Virus record (IMG/VR): IMGVR_UViG_3300035182_000400
Coordinates: 1 to 59,810 of that record
Origin: a virus
Lineage: Duplodnaviria; Caudoviricetes
Length of the DNA stretch: 59,810 nucleotides
Reading direction: 5' to 3' (one strand)
The translations under genes were made by a program, and so were the position numbers. The notes beneath the pieces are model-generated. The model did not search any database. It worked only from the letters and a program-made list of their open reading frames with translations, and had not been told where the DNA came from. Of this stretch, positions 45,941 to 55,907 are shown in pieces; position 1 is the first letter of the stretch; the number at the start of each line of letters is the position of its first letter.

Positions 45941-47279
45941 TTATGTATTCAATAGTTTTCTTTCTATCATAGAATCTCGACCTTGAATAATTTGTAATCA
46001 ATTTTATTGTTTGACCTGAAGCGTATTCTCTCATCTTGTCTATAAATATTCTAACTCTAGGACAGCTATCACCTTTCCTATCTAAAAATTTCATTTCGTC
46101 ATAAGATTGATTCAAAGTAAAGAAGAAATCAAATGGTCTAATTTTACCTTTGTCTTCTGATAAGAACTCTCTGGTCATTACAAAATTTATATCCTTTTTT
46201 AGTTCTGAAGGTAGATTTGAGGCTTGAGTAACGGTAGCAACAACTACATCGAACTCCATAGCTATTTCCTTTAAATATCTTCCTATCTTCTGTTGTCGGT
46301 GTCGTTCATTTGTTGGGCCATAAATAACTCCATCACCAAGCTCAATTAATTCTAAATAGTCAATACAAACCAAATCTAACTCATCACCATGAATCTTCTT
46401 TAGGTCTTTTACAGACCTTCGTATATCATTGATTGTTGCTCCACCGAATTTTTCATATGCTTCCACAAAAATCTCACCACGCATTTTTTTCAATACACTC
46501 TTAATCTTTTTATATCTTTCATCTTCAATTTCACCTTTCTTAATATCATGATAAAGAGCACCTGTCCAAGAGGCATCTAGCCTATTCATGACTTGAGCTT
46601 TTGTACCCTCTATTTGGAATAAGGCAACCTTAGAACCTCTTCTTGATGTTTGAACAGCATAATGAACAAGGAATTGAGATTTACCCATACCAGACTCTGC
46701 CATCAACAGAACTGATTCACCTGTTTCTGGGCCACCCCTAGAAGCATCATCTAATTGTTCTATACAGAATGGGACTTTTCTTCTTGGAGAATCATCCAAC
46801 ATTCTTTCTATTTGACGACTTTCAAAATCTTCAAAAACTTTGTCAAACAAACGTTCCTTTATACTGAACTTGGCCAAATCTTCTGCTCCTTTAATAAAAG
46901 CAGAATATGCTTTTGATTGTTCGCCACGATTATATAATTCTCCAGAAGATTGAAACAATTCTACAAACTTGCTTTCTTTAATAAAATCTTGAAAGGCTTC
47001 AATTGTAGCATTTTGGTCGACTTCATCTAAAGACTTAACCTCATATATTAAATCTTTTACTTTCTCGTCTTTTCGGAACTCAATTTGTAAAACTCCTATT
47101 GAAGGAATCTTACCATTCAGCGTATAAAGTTGCAGTGCTTTCTTCCATAATTTCTTTTCGTGCTCATGAGTGAGATACGAATATTTAAGATGCTCTGTTA
47201 GAACCTCAAAGAAGTTATTATTTTTAAATGCACAGTTGAATAGCTCAATTACATATTCATCAGTCAGATTATTCTCCAT
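45912..47279 (-). CDS. dnaB: DnaB-like replicative helicase
   Basis: AESGMGKS, FQIEG, VCIDYLELI, TVTQA, DKMR. Confidence 0.9.
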   Translation of the reverse strand: MENNLTDEYVIELFNCAFKNNNFFEVLTEHLKYSYLTHEHEKKLWKKALQLYTLNGKIPSIGVLQIEFRKDEKVKDLIYEVKSLDEVDQNATIEAFQDFIKESKFVELFQSSGELYNRGEQSKAYSAFIKGAEDLAKFSIKERLFDKVFEDFESRQIERMLDDSPRRKVPFCIEQLDDASRGGPETGESVLLMAESGMGKSQFLVHYAVQTSRRGSKVALFQIEGTKAQVMNRLDASWTGALYHDIKKGEIEDERYKKIKSVLKKMRGEIFVEAYEKFGGATINDIRRSVKDLKKIHGDELDLVCIDYLELIELGDGVIYGPTNERHRQQKIGRYLKEIAMEFDVVVATVTQASNLPSELKKDINFVMTREFLSEDKGKIRPFDFFFTLNQSYDEMKFLDRKGDSCPRVRIFIDKMREYASGQTIKLITNYSRSRFYDRKKTIEYIIDFEDEDGE

Positions 47280-47613
47280 GTATTATCTTCTTAATCTCCG
47301 TATAACCTAACGGTGTTACCGTAACTTTTTGAATCAGACCTCTGAAACCTGCCTTATCTAGCATTATGCCTCTCTGTATAAACCATTGCAAGGATTTATA
47401 CTTTTGAAATGGCAAATATCTCCCATCACTAGACATTCCCAAAATTTGTTTTGAAACCAAAATAGATAAAAATTTCTTATAAGAAATTCCACAATACTTT
47501 GCAGTTTGTTGCATAGTGATTTCCTTCAGAACCTTATTATTTATAGGTGTTACGTCTGGAAATGGTAACTCAGGACTTTTCTCCTTATCAAAATCAAATC
47601 TCATTTGTGTCAT
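47269..47613 (-). CDS. Antirepressor KilAC-like domain protein
   Basis: TAKYCGI...KFLSIL...LPFQKY...WF...TVTPLGYTEI. Confidence 0.65.
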   Translation of the reverse strand: MTQMRFDFDKEKSPELPFPDVTPINNKVLKEITMQQTAKYCGISYKKFLSILVSKQILGMSSDGRYLPFQKYKSLQWFIQRGIMLDKAGFRGLIQKVTVTPLGYTEIKKIIHGE

Positions 47614-47616
47614 ATT

Positions 47617-48231
47617 CTAATTTTTATGATATCCTCTAACTTTATAAACCTTATTGAAATTCTCTTCTAAATATTTCTTACATTCAGAAGATTTATTACA
47701 TAAACTACAATACTTGGACTTGTGATTATATAACGATGTACTAATTAAGCAATAGCTGAACCCCTTAGAAGTGTTATAAAACCTAGCCTTTTCATTCTCT
47801 TCTGAATCTCTAACTTTCAGTAAAATTCTTTTATAATCATCTGACGCTGTTTTGTCTACTTCACTAAACTTAACATCTTTCTTTAAATTTTTTCTTATTA
47901 TGAAATCCGTCTTTTTCTTCTGCTTATCTGTTCTTGATTTCCAACGTTCAATAGCCTTAGAACCAATTATCCACTCAATCTGTATAGAAGTTCCCTTCCC
48001 ATATTTAGCGTCATGCTTATACCAATAATTAAACTGATATTCCATAAACTTTCTTAAATTGTCTTCTGCTACGAAATCTGAATTAGTCATACTTTTAAAT
48101 AACTCTATAAAATTCAAAATCATTTGATTTCTAGTTGGAGTCATTTTGAATTTATATGAAGCATTCTTTGTAATTTGTATTATGTGATATTTATATAAAT
48201 CCACTACAAGTCTCAAATCTTTATTCATCAA
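47617..48231 (-). CDS. Hypothetical protein with C-terminal Cys cluster
   Basis: C...CSLC...C; lies in the replication operon. Confidence 0.6.
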   Translation of the reverse strand: MMNKDLRLVVDLYKYHIIQITKNASYKFKMTPTRNQMILNFIELFKSMTNSDFVAEDNLRKFMEYQFNYWYKHDAKYGKGTSIQIEWIIGSKAIERWKSRTDKQKKKTDFIIRKNLKKDVKFSEVDKTASDDYKRILLKVRDSEENEKARFYNTSKGFSYCLISTSLYNHKSKYCSLCNKSSECKKYLEENFNKVYKVRGYHKN

Positions 48232-49702
48232 ACCATTCTTTAATTGATTGCTCTACATCTAGTAAGTCTGTTTCGTCATATACCTCAACTCGGTCAGAAC
48301 CCACACTTTCAGAATATACATCTAATCTATTTAAACTGTGACCTGAAAAATAGTTGTCTTCAATATCCATTATATCTATGGTTACTGCTCTGCTCTTATT
48401 CTCTACAGCACCCAAAACTCTACCTTTCTTTTGCATTATGGAACTCCCTTCTAATCCTCCATCTGCTATTACAAGAATTTCTACTTCTGGCAAGGTAATG
48501 CCTTTCTTATAAATATTACTAGCTAACAATACTTTTCCACGACCTCTTAGAAATTTTTCTTTTTCTTCGTGTCTTTTGTCGGTTTTGTCATCTCCACAAA
48601 TAAACATGCATTCAGATAAATCGCTAATAAGATAACCATGTTGTTTTGAATTGAATATCACAAGAGTCTTCCACTTATTTTTCTTGCACAGTTGAATAAG
48701 CTGAAGCAATATCATATTCCTATCTTTATTCTCATGTATCAACTTCTTTAGATATAATTGATATTTTGAATTTTTGTCTTCTTCAGGAACACGAATCTTC
48801 TTTGTGTGCTGATGAGAAATCAAAACAACTTTATCTGTAGACAACCAACCCTCTTCTTGAAGTCTTTCGATAGGAACTTCATAAACAATTCCTCCAAAAA
48901 ATTCTTTGATTTGTAAATTCCCAACTAGATTTCCTTGTTTAAATGGTGTGGCTGAAAGTCCTAGTAAAAAATTGACATTCTTACATTTCTTCATCAACTT
49001 CATTCTATTTTCAGACATGAATTCTTGAATTTCATCAACAATCAAACAATTCAACTGTTTAAAATATCTATCAAGTATTTTTGCTTCAGGCTTTTTTCTG
49101 CTATATATAGAAGTCACTGTTTGAATCATAGCAACTGTGACTTGTTTTATATTTACTCCGAAAGAATCTATTGTTCCAATAGTTTTTTCTTGAACATTTA
49201 AAAATTTTGCAAGTTCCTCTACTGTCTGATTGAATAGGTCAGTAGTATCCACATAGAAAAGAAAATCAGACTTACTGTTATTTATTTGAATTTGTCTTAT
49301 AATTTCACCTGATACAAATGTCTTTCCACCTCTTGTAGGAATCTTTATAATCCCCATATTTGTAAGAAAAAATGCTGTCACGGATTCATTCTGATGCGGT
49401 CTCAAAGAATCCTTCAAAACAAAATTATCAACAATTTCTTTTCTGAAATCTTGTTCATCAATCTTATAAGCAACTTTTTTCAAATCCAAGTCTGAAGTTA
49501 ACTCATCGAGCAATCCGACTTCAAATTCAAGTTTGGGTGAAAAAAACTTTTTATATCCATCCCACTTTTTATCCTTATACGCTTGTGAATATTGGCAGCC
49601 ATCTATCCATAAACTTAATGCCTTCTTACAAATTGCTAACTCTCTTGGTATGTTGGAATCAAAAGAATATTTCCTAAAATCAACTCTGGTTATTGTTACC
49701 AT
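48221..49702 (-). CDS. SF2 DNA helicase (UvsW-like)
   Basis: LRPHQ, PTRGGKT, IVDEIQ, GLSATP, KGITLP, QKKGR. Confidence 0.9.
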   Translation of the reverse strand: MVTITRVDFRKYSFDSNIPRELAICKKALSLWIDGCQYSQAYKDKKWDGYKKFFSPKLEFEVGLLDELTSDLDLKKVAYKIDEQDFRKEIVDNFVLKDSLRPHQNESVTAFFLTNMGIIKIPTRGGKTFVSGEIIRQIQINNSKSDFLFYVDTTDLFNQTVEELAKFLNVQEKTIGTIDSFGVNIKQVTVAMIQTVTSIYSRKKPEAKILDRYFKQLNCLIVDEIQEFMSENRMKLMKKCKNVNFLLGLSATPFKQGNLVGNLQIKEFFGGIVYEVPIERLQEEGWLSTDKVVLISHQHTKKIRVPEEDKNSKYQLYLKKLIHENKDRNMILLQLIQLCKKNKWKTLVIFNSKQHGYLISDLSECMFICGDDKTDKRHEEKEKFLRGRGKVLLASNIYKKGITLPEVEILVIADGGLEGSSIMQKKGRVLGAVENKSRAVTIDIMDIEDNYFSGHSLNRLDVYSESVGSDRVEVYDETDLLDVEQSIKEWFDE

Positions 49703-49997
49703 GTCTTTCCATTATATAAATTTCTACTCAGAGTAAAAGGTCTCAAAGACAAAACCCCTTACCCCTTTATGAAAATATTACTACTCATCATAATTAGGTT
49801 GACGCAACTGACAAACCCCAAAAAACAATATGCGTCATTTAACTCGATACCAAATAACTCTGGCGTATCGACTTTAATAAATGAAAACTTTAACTTAGAA
49901 AATATTGGTTTTAAGCCACTTTTAATCTCGGTCACAACCGTAGTCCATATTACGATTCTCCAATTTGGTTTCACCAACTAAAATTCTGTTTCCAACT

Positions 49998-50023
49998 AAA
50001 AATGCCCTCGATTGAAGGCATTT
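49998..50023 (-). terminator. Intrinsic terminator ending the tail operon
   Basis: AAATGCCTTC-AATC-GAGGGCATTTTT on the minus strand. Confidence 0.8.
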
Positions 50024-50049
50024 AAAACTGGAGGCTGCTATGGCAAGCC

Positions 50050-50856
50050 TTAATCGTAAGAAAACGTAACCTCCAATATTTCTTTTGTATTATGCACACA
50101 AGATAAGTCTTTACAACCTTCAACCTCACAAGAATCATTTTTCTTAACAACTCTCTTTATCCAAAATGCAATTGCCTTCTTAGATTCCAACTCTTCTATT
50201 ATTAGAGTTGTTCCATCTTCAAAGCCTGACAAATTATTCTCAAATAGTTCTGCCGTTCCTGGGGTTATAAGTTCTACAGCCTCATTAGTATCTTGATTAT
50301 CTTTTCTTTCTATATAGAACGAATTTTCTGACAATTTCTCACATAAAAAATTATCATTGTTTTTGAAATTTTCTATTATATCATCAACTACGCTTTCTAT
50401 CGTAACTCCTGTGAGTTCAAATTCTACATCGAATAGACTAACAGCGTCACCTACCAACCCTGCAAATTTAACTTTACAAGTAGAATTTTCTCTGATGGTA
50501 GATGGTTGAAACCATTCTACATTGAAAGGCTCTTCTTTTCTGCTATTGATTTTTTCTATTTGTATACTTTCTCCACTGCTTGGAGTTACAGCACCCCAAT
50601 AGAAATCACATTCCGAATCGTGAGGCATAAATTGCTCTAATTTGACATTATTCATGCTTTCATTAGAATCATTATACAAAAATATAGCCATACATTCGGT
50701 TGACCCTGTCATCTTGCCATATATAGAAACATCTCCGAATAGGATGTTTATCCTAGAATTAGGAACTGGCGTAGATGACATAAATCCTCCTGTGCTGCTA
50801 ATTGGAGAACGTTGTTCTGACATGAAGAATTTAGCACCTGATAATAATAATTTCAT
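50050..50856 (-). CDS. Putative tail or baseplate structural protein
   Basis: STGGFMSST...LFGDVS...FWIKR pattern; acidic and beta-rich; in the tail operon. Confidence 0.6.
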   Translation of the reverse strand: MKLLLSGAKFFMSEQRSPISSTGGFMSSTPVPNSRINILFGDVSIYGKMTGSTECMAIFLYNDSNESMNNVKLEQFMPHDSECDFYWGAVTPSSGESIQIEKINSRKEEPFNVEWFQPSTIRENSTCKVKFAGLVGDAVSLFDVEFELTGVTIESVVDDIIENFKNNDNFLCEKLSENSFYIERKDNQDTNEAVELITPGTAELFENNLSGFEDGTTLIIEELESKKAIAFWIKRVVKKNDSCEVEGCKDLSCVHNTKEILEVTFSYD

Positions 50857-50858
50857 AT

Positions 50859-51341
50859 TTAGTCGTTTACAGCAATGATTATTACTAATGTAGCCTTTGA
50901 TTCATCAGGAACTGTTATATTTGATATTCTTATATCAGTCGCTAGTTGCTTCACATTAGCAAGAGAAAATTCAGACATCTTACCTAAAGACATTTCAACA
51001 TCTTCTAAATAAACCTCAAATCTTATTGGCGTTCTGAAAGAATTCACGGAATTTGATTCGTAACAGAAAACATGCAAACTAGCTATGTTATCTATTGAAT
51101 CACATCTTATCACATCTTGTTGTAATAAGACATCGAAAGTATTGCCAGGCTTTAATTCATAAACAAACTTATTAGCATTTGTCAACTTGAAATCGTTGGT
51201 CGCTATGCCTTCATCTGAATTATCTTGCACTTCCTCAGAATCTCCAACACAAGTCCAATCAAATGAGCCTATGTTGCCATCTGCTCTCATCCCTGAAGCT
51301 GAGTCCTTGAACTCTATTTTATTTGTTACTTTGATTATCAT
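50859..51341 (-). CDS. Putative virion protein
   Basis: Beta-rich acidic ORF; start placed at MIIKV. Confidence 0.55.
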   Translation of the reverse strand: MIIKVTNKIEFKDSASGMRADGNIGSFDWTCVGDSEEVQDNSDEGIATNDFKLTNANKFVYELKPGNTFDVLLQQDVIRCDSIDNIASLHVFCYESNSVNSFRTPIRFEVYLEDVEMSLGKMSEFSLANVKQLATDIRISNITVPDESKATLVIIIAVND

Positions 51342-51342
51342 C

Positions 51343-53823
51343 TTAAACCATTTTTTGTATGTATAATATTCCTTTATAGCTTGGTCTGTTGTCGATTGCA
51401 TTAGGTGTTGCTACACCACCAGCATTTGAAGTAGTTCCAGAGAAAGTGTGCGTGTGATTGCCGACTGCAGATATGTTTGAGTAAACATACCCTAAACTTG
51501 CATTATTACTTATACCTACTTTTGATCCAGAAGTATCAGTAGTAGAACCTCTTGCTACTTCTGCTGTGTGAGAGTGTGCCCCTCCACCTCCAGAAGTTCC
51601 TGAAAATGTATGATTGTGTTCTGGTATATTAGAAGCAGACAATAAATATGAATTCTGACCTCCTGAAGAACCAGAAGCTGACGGAACAGATACACCCATT
51701 GGAAACGAATTAATCATATCTAAAGAACCGTTCTGTCCATTACAAATTTGCCATCCCCAAACACCTTGCTTTATCCCAGAACCTAATCCATCGAAATATG
51801 AGTTAGCCATTCCGTGTATCATTCTTATTGTTCCTTTAGGTGCTACCTCAGATTCAAATTGTACAATCCAATGATTTAATTCATTAAATGTACATCTTAT
51901 CATTAAACCTCTCTTTTGTGATTGAGTTGCATCATCAATGGTTTGATTTCTTACATACGATGTCTCATTTGAAGTAAGTTCAGATAATAAAGTGAAACTC
52001 GTTGGATTGACATAATCTTCCACAATTCTCAAACGAAATGTATCTAAACCAACCCATTGTTCAAGATGCAATAAGAAATAATTGCCTTCTCTAAAGTAAT
52101 CTCCATTTACATCTGTTCTCTTTAAATGTATGAACAAATCAGCAGAAAGAACCAGAGAACCCTTATAATGTTGATATTGTTTACTAACACCAACTTCTAA
52201 ATCAACAACAGGAATTGAGTTGTCTAGTGCAGTAGTGTTCACTCCAATTAAGTCTCCTGTCTGAACTTGCTCTTGGAAGTTTTGAAAAGAATCAGGTGCT
52301 TCACAAATTTTTATAAAACCAAAGTCAGCATGTCCAGAATATGGAAATTGAACTCGGTCAATCGGATTGGAATTTATATTTCCATATTTGTCAAATGAAG
52401 TTTCATCGAAATAACCTACTGAGTCACTTGGGAACACCAGCCAATCTGTATATCCTGAAAAGGTCTTATACCTAAATACTACATTATATTTATAACATCC
52501 ATCTAATGTTTGTATATTGCATTTAGCGACTTGAGTATTTATATTGAATTCAAATTTCTTTTCTAATATAGGATAAGGGAAAACTTCACTGAAATTGGCA
52601 TTTCCGTCCACGTCAGTCAAATCAATTAACGCTCCATCTCTTTTGAATCTAAGTTCTATCTCTTCAAATGGTGGTGCTATAAATAAATCGTCTGCTAATC
52701 CGTACTCATCCAGATTTAATACATCTAATGTAACTACAATTTGAGTTCCAGATTGTTGTGAATCAATTATGTTTTGAAAATTACCATTCTTAGAATACAA
52801 TCTCCAACCTGTAAAATCTCCAGAACTGAAAAACGAAGTATCTTTATAAACTCCTCCTTGACCTATTAATATAGATATTTTCTTAGAAGATGTGTCAATA
52901 GTGTAACTAGCAAATCTAAATCCCCAAGCAATATTAACTTCATTAGATTCTCTAGTTGAATTAGGGTGAGTGTATTTAACTGATTCTACTCCAATTAAAG
53001 GATTTACATGAGTGCTTCTATCTAAATATGTAACTAAATTTTCTGCTTGTGTTCTCCACCAATCTTCTCGTTTGTCCTCTAATTGAATAGTGATACCAGT
53101 ATTCCTAACTCTTGCTATATAAAACTCCTCGTCAGCTACGGCAAAAGGTCTTGTATTTAAAGTTGTTTCTAAAACAAGTGTTACATCCACAGAGTCATAT
53201 TCAAATATCAATTGGTCTGCAGGTGGGGTTACATAACCTGGTGTAAAAGTTCCTACAATAGAATATTTTAAGTTAGACTCACTTATAAAATCCCCTTGTA
53301 TAATTGCTTGTGTCTGACCTAACACTCGTACAACTTCATAGTCGTTACCATTTCCAGAAGTAGAATTCAAAAATCTAATTTTACTAGGAAAATTAGGCTG
53401 TCCTCTGAGTATATTCTCAAATTCTGTACCTACTCCATTTAGATTCCCAAAAGTATCTATCGAAACAGTTCCTGTTTCTTCATTAGAAAACTCATGTTTA
53501 ATTTTAACCCAATACCAATTTCCGTCATTAGGAATTTGTAAATTTTGAAAGTCTTTATTGATTATGAAATTAGCGTTCAAATCTATTGCTAGTCCTGGAT
53601 AGACTTTAACTTCATCTGTAGGTGTTCCAGCCTTTTCTACATAAAAACAGTCTTCCTTATTTATAACACCTAAGTCTGGAAATGTGCAATCTTTCACTAA
53701 TCCAAATTCTCTGGTATTAGCCAATCTTTGTCTCTTATATCCCCAATCGCCAAGAGTTTGCTTTAGTCTGTTTAACTCAGCAACTTCTAAGAACAAATTT
53801 GAATTTACCTTTACATTACTCAT
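51343..53823 (-). CDS. Baseplate-attached tail fibre with collar and HxH needle tip
   Basis: C-terminal PKGTIRM...WQICNGQNG...HNH...HSH...HTH...DNRPSY..LYIQK. Confidence 0.8.
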   Translation of the reverse strand: MSNVKVNSNLFLEVAELNRLKQTLGDWGYKRQRLANTREFGLVKDCTFPDLGVINKEDCFYVEKAGTPTDEVKVYPGLAIDLNANFIINKDFQNLQIPNDGNWYWVKIKHEFSNEETGTVSIDTFGNLNGVGTEFENILRGQPNFPSKIRFLNSTSGNGNDYEVVRVLGQTQAIIQGDFISESNLKYSIVGTFTPGYVTPPADQLIFEYDSVDVTLVLETTLNTRPFAVADEEFYIARVRNTGITIQLEDKREDWWRTQAENLVTYLDRSTHVNPLIGVESVKYTHPNSTRESNEVNIAWGFRFASYTIDTSSKKISILIGQGGVYKDTSFFSSGDFTGWRLYSKNGNFQNIIDSQQSGTQIVVTLDVLNLDEYGLADDLFIAPPFEEIELRFKRDGALIDLTDVDGNANFSEVFPYPILEKKFEFNINTQVAKCNIQTLDGCYKYNVVFRYKTFSGYTDWLVFPSDSVGYFDETSFDKYGNINSNPIDRVQFPYSGHADFGFIKICEAPDSFQNFQEQVQTGDLIGVNTTALDNSIPVVDLEVGVSKQYQHYKGSLVLSADLFIHLKRTDVNGDYFREGNYFLLHLEQWVGLDTFRLRIVEDYVNPTSFTLLSELTSNETSYVRNQTIDDATQSQKRGLMIRCTFNELNHWIVQFESEVAPKGTIRMIHGMANSYFDGLGSGIKQGVWGWQICNGQNGSLDMINSFPMGVSVPSASGSSGGQNSYLLSASNIPEHNHTFSGTSGGGGAHSHTAEVARGSTTDTSGSKVGISNNASLGYVYSNISAVGNHTHTFSGTTSNAGGVATPNAIDNRPSYKGILYIQKMV

Positions 53824-53834
53824 GATTATTAATC

Positions 53835-55562
53835 TTAATTTATATCTAGTAATACCTGCCTATCATTAATTTTAGGTGTCAAACTGTACTGTGTCAACCT
53901 GTCTTGATATGGTAAAAGGAAATCTTCTATGAAATTTTGAATCTCCCAATCAGCCATTCCATTAGAGTTATTTCTGAACCAATTCAAAACAAAACCACTT
54001 CCTTGTAAAAATTGAGGATTCCTTATACTAGGCTCTAATCCAGTAGTCAAAGGTCTTGAGTTTTTGCCTCTAACTAAAGGTCTCATCTTAAAATCGTGAA
54101 TCTTGTAGACGTCATTGTCATTCACAGAGTCAAGATAAAGAGAAATCTTTATTTTTTCTACATCTTCGTTAGCATTGAATCTCAAGTTTACTCCTTGATT
54201 AACGTTTAACTTGCTTTGCTGACCTATTATACTCTGGCTATGAGCGGCATAAATTATTCCTCTAACAAAATACCATTCATTTTCTAATTTAGTTATAGAT
54301 TGAGTTGAATCTAATAAGAACGTATTTTCAACCAAGAAATTATCTATTCTTTGAAATGATAACGGCTTATAAATATTATTTCGGTTGTATCCTGTAACTC
54401 CAAATCTTATTGTTCCTGATGTTCCTATATTGCGCTTAATAAGGAATGTTATTTCATAATCTACTTCTTTATCAACAATTATAAGCTGTTCTGGCAATGT
54501 AATAGTTTCTGGATTATCCAAATCGAATCCAAATCCTTGTAGTCCTGCTCCTCCAATCATTCCTGCAACAAATTTAGTTCCCTCATTGGTTATGAACACA
54601 TTGTCAGAATTTATCAAATCGTACTTAGATAGGTCTTGAAAATCTTCTGTATTCTCTTCTGTTTTATTTATCTGCTTAGAAAAGTATGTCCCATTATATA
54701 TTGGAGAAGATTGACCAATACACCACCCGTGTTTGTGTTTCTCAACTACATCAACTAGGAATTCATCATAATGGTTTTTGCATATTAGTCTAAGCCATTC
54801 ACCCCTGATAGGATTAACAGAGCCATCTAAAAATTTGGAATTCTTTTCTTTGTAGATTAATTGAGTTCCACGCTTTCTAATTTCGTCATAGAAATTATTG
54901 GAAAGAAATTGCAAATCCATAAAAGGAATTTGTTGTTCACAAAACGCAATATTTCTTTGTTTCAAGTATTCTATCAGATACTCTCTCTTATATAATATAG
55001 TGTCAAATTCATGCATGAATGCAGAAATGTAAGCCAAAAAGAAACATACAGCATTCCATAAGGAAACAAAATCAGTATCATCTACTCCCTCACCCCTTTC
55101 CATGAATTCAGGCAGGATACCTGATTTATATATTTTCTTCAATAGGTTATTTGCAGTCTGAGAAGTCAGAGCGTCATTGCAGATTAAATCATCGAATATG
55201 CTTTCAAGACTTACTGTGCTGCTGCATATTTGTATTATGATATTGCCTATAAGTTGTATTCCTTGAAATTCCAGAATGCCTGTGCCATCAGTCCCAAGTC
55301 TTTGATACTTAAATTCAAAGAATATCAAACCAGGAATATTTCCAGTAACATTGGCTAGGTTGGTATTATCAAGAACCATCCAAGGACTATAATTCACACC
55401 ATCTGTGGAATACTTAAAACTCTTTTGAAAATATCTATTAGGTGTTTCTCCCAAAACAATATCTGTAAAACTAGTCAGAGTTACATCACCTGCTACTGCG
55501 CCTTGAGAATATATGTATAAAACATCTCCTATTTCTGATACTGTATTTCCTACAACTGCCAT
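53835..55562 (-). CDS. Baseplate wedge or tail protein
   Basis: Downstream of baseplate J; wedge-like LPEFM...EYLKQR...IRKRGT segment. Confidence 0.6.
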   Translation of the reverse strand: MAVVGNTVSEIGDVLYIYSQGAVAGDVTLTSFTDIVLGETPNRYFQKSFKYSTDGVNYSPWMVLDNTNLANVTGNIPGLIFFEFKYQRLGTDGTGILEFQGIQLIGNIIIQICSSTVSLESIFDDLICNDALTSQTANNLLKKIYKSGILPEFMERGEGVDDTDFVSLWNAVCFFLAYISAFMHEFDTILYKREYLIEYLKQRNIAFCEQQIPFMDLQFLSNNFYDEIRKRGTQLIYKEKNSKFLDGSVNPIRGEWLRLICKNHYDEFLVDVVEKHKHGWCIGQSSPIYNGTYFSKQINKTEENTEDFQDLSKYDLINSDNVFITNEGTKFVAGMIGGAGLQGFGFDLDNPETITLPEQLIIVDKEVDYEITFLIKRNIGTSGTIRFGVTGYNRNNIYKPLSFQRIDNFLVENTFLLDSTQSITKLENEWYFVRGIIYAAHSQSIIGQQSKLNVNQGVNLRFNANEDVEKIKISLYLDSVNDNDVYKIHDFKMRPLVRGKNSRPLTTGLEPSIRNPQFLQGSGFVLNWFRNNSNGMADWEIQNFIEDFLLPYQDRLTQYSLTPKINDRQVLLDIN

Positions 55563-55906
55563 TACTCGTAATTAAAATTTAATTGAGCAATATCATCTAT
55601 GAAAAACTTTTCTGCTTCTTCATCGCTTATAATAAGTTCTCCTGTGACATCGACTTCTAATATTATTCCTAAATCTTGATTTACAAGAAGTTCATTCTCG
55701 ATACCTTCAGTGCCGTTCTTCAGTTTCCTTCTTTCCAATAGTTCAATTTCTTGAGCTGGTGAGTCAGGGAATGTGACTAATTCAGATTCAACATTAACAA
55801 CCTTGTCATCAAAGTTTACGGACATATTGAAGGAACCAGTATTGCTTGATAAACTGGTAAGATTATCAACTTGACTTTTACTTCTTGTATTTATCGTCTT
55901 TTCCAT
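55562..55906 (-). CDS. Acidic hypothetical virion protein
   Basis: 114-aa ORF in the baseplate operon. Confidence 0.55.
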   Translation of the reverse strand: MEKTINTRSKSQVDNLTSLSSNTGSFNMSVNFDDKVVNVESELVTFPDSPAQEIELLERRKLKNGTEGIENELLVNQDLGIILEVDVTGELIISDEEAEKFFIDDIAQLNFNYE

Positions 55907-55907
55907 A

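Noticed and set aside
7025-49702. Inteins or group I introns in terL, recA, dnaE, dnaB or the helicases
   Set aside because: Protein lengths are normal, motifs are contiguous, and no splice-junction or LAGLIDADG signatures were seen.
49759-49981. Overlapping 70-72-aa ORFs on both strands as real genes
   Set aside because: No recognisable motifs, a TTG start for the minus-strand ORF, and overlap with hairpins; left uncalled.
51343-53823. Diversity-generating retroelement or invertible fibre tip
   Set aside because: No reverse transcriptase or recombinase, and no second copy of the fibre 3' end noticed in the window.
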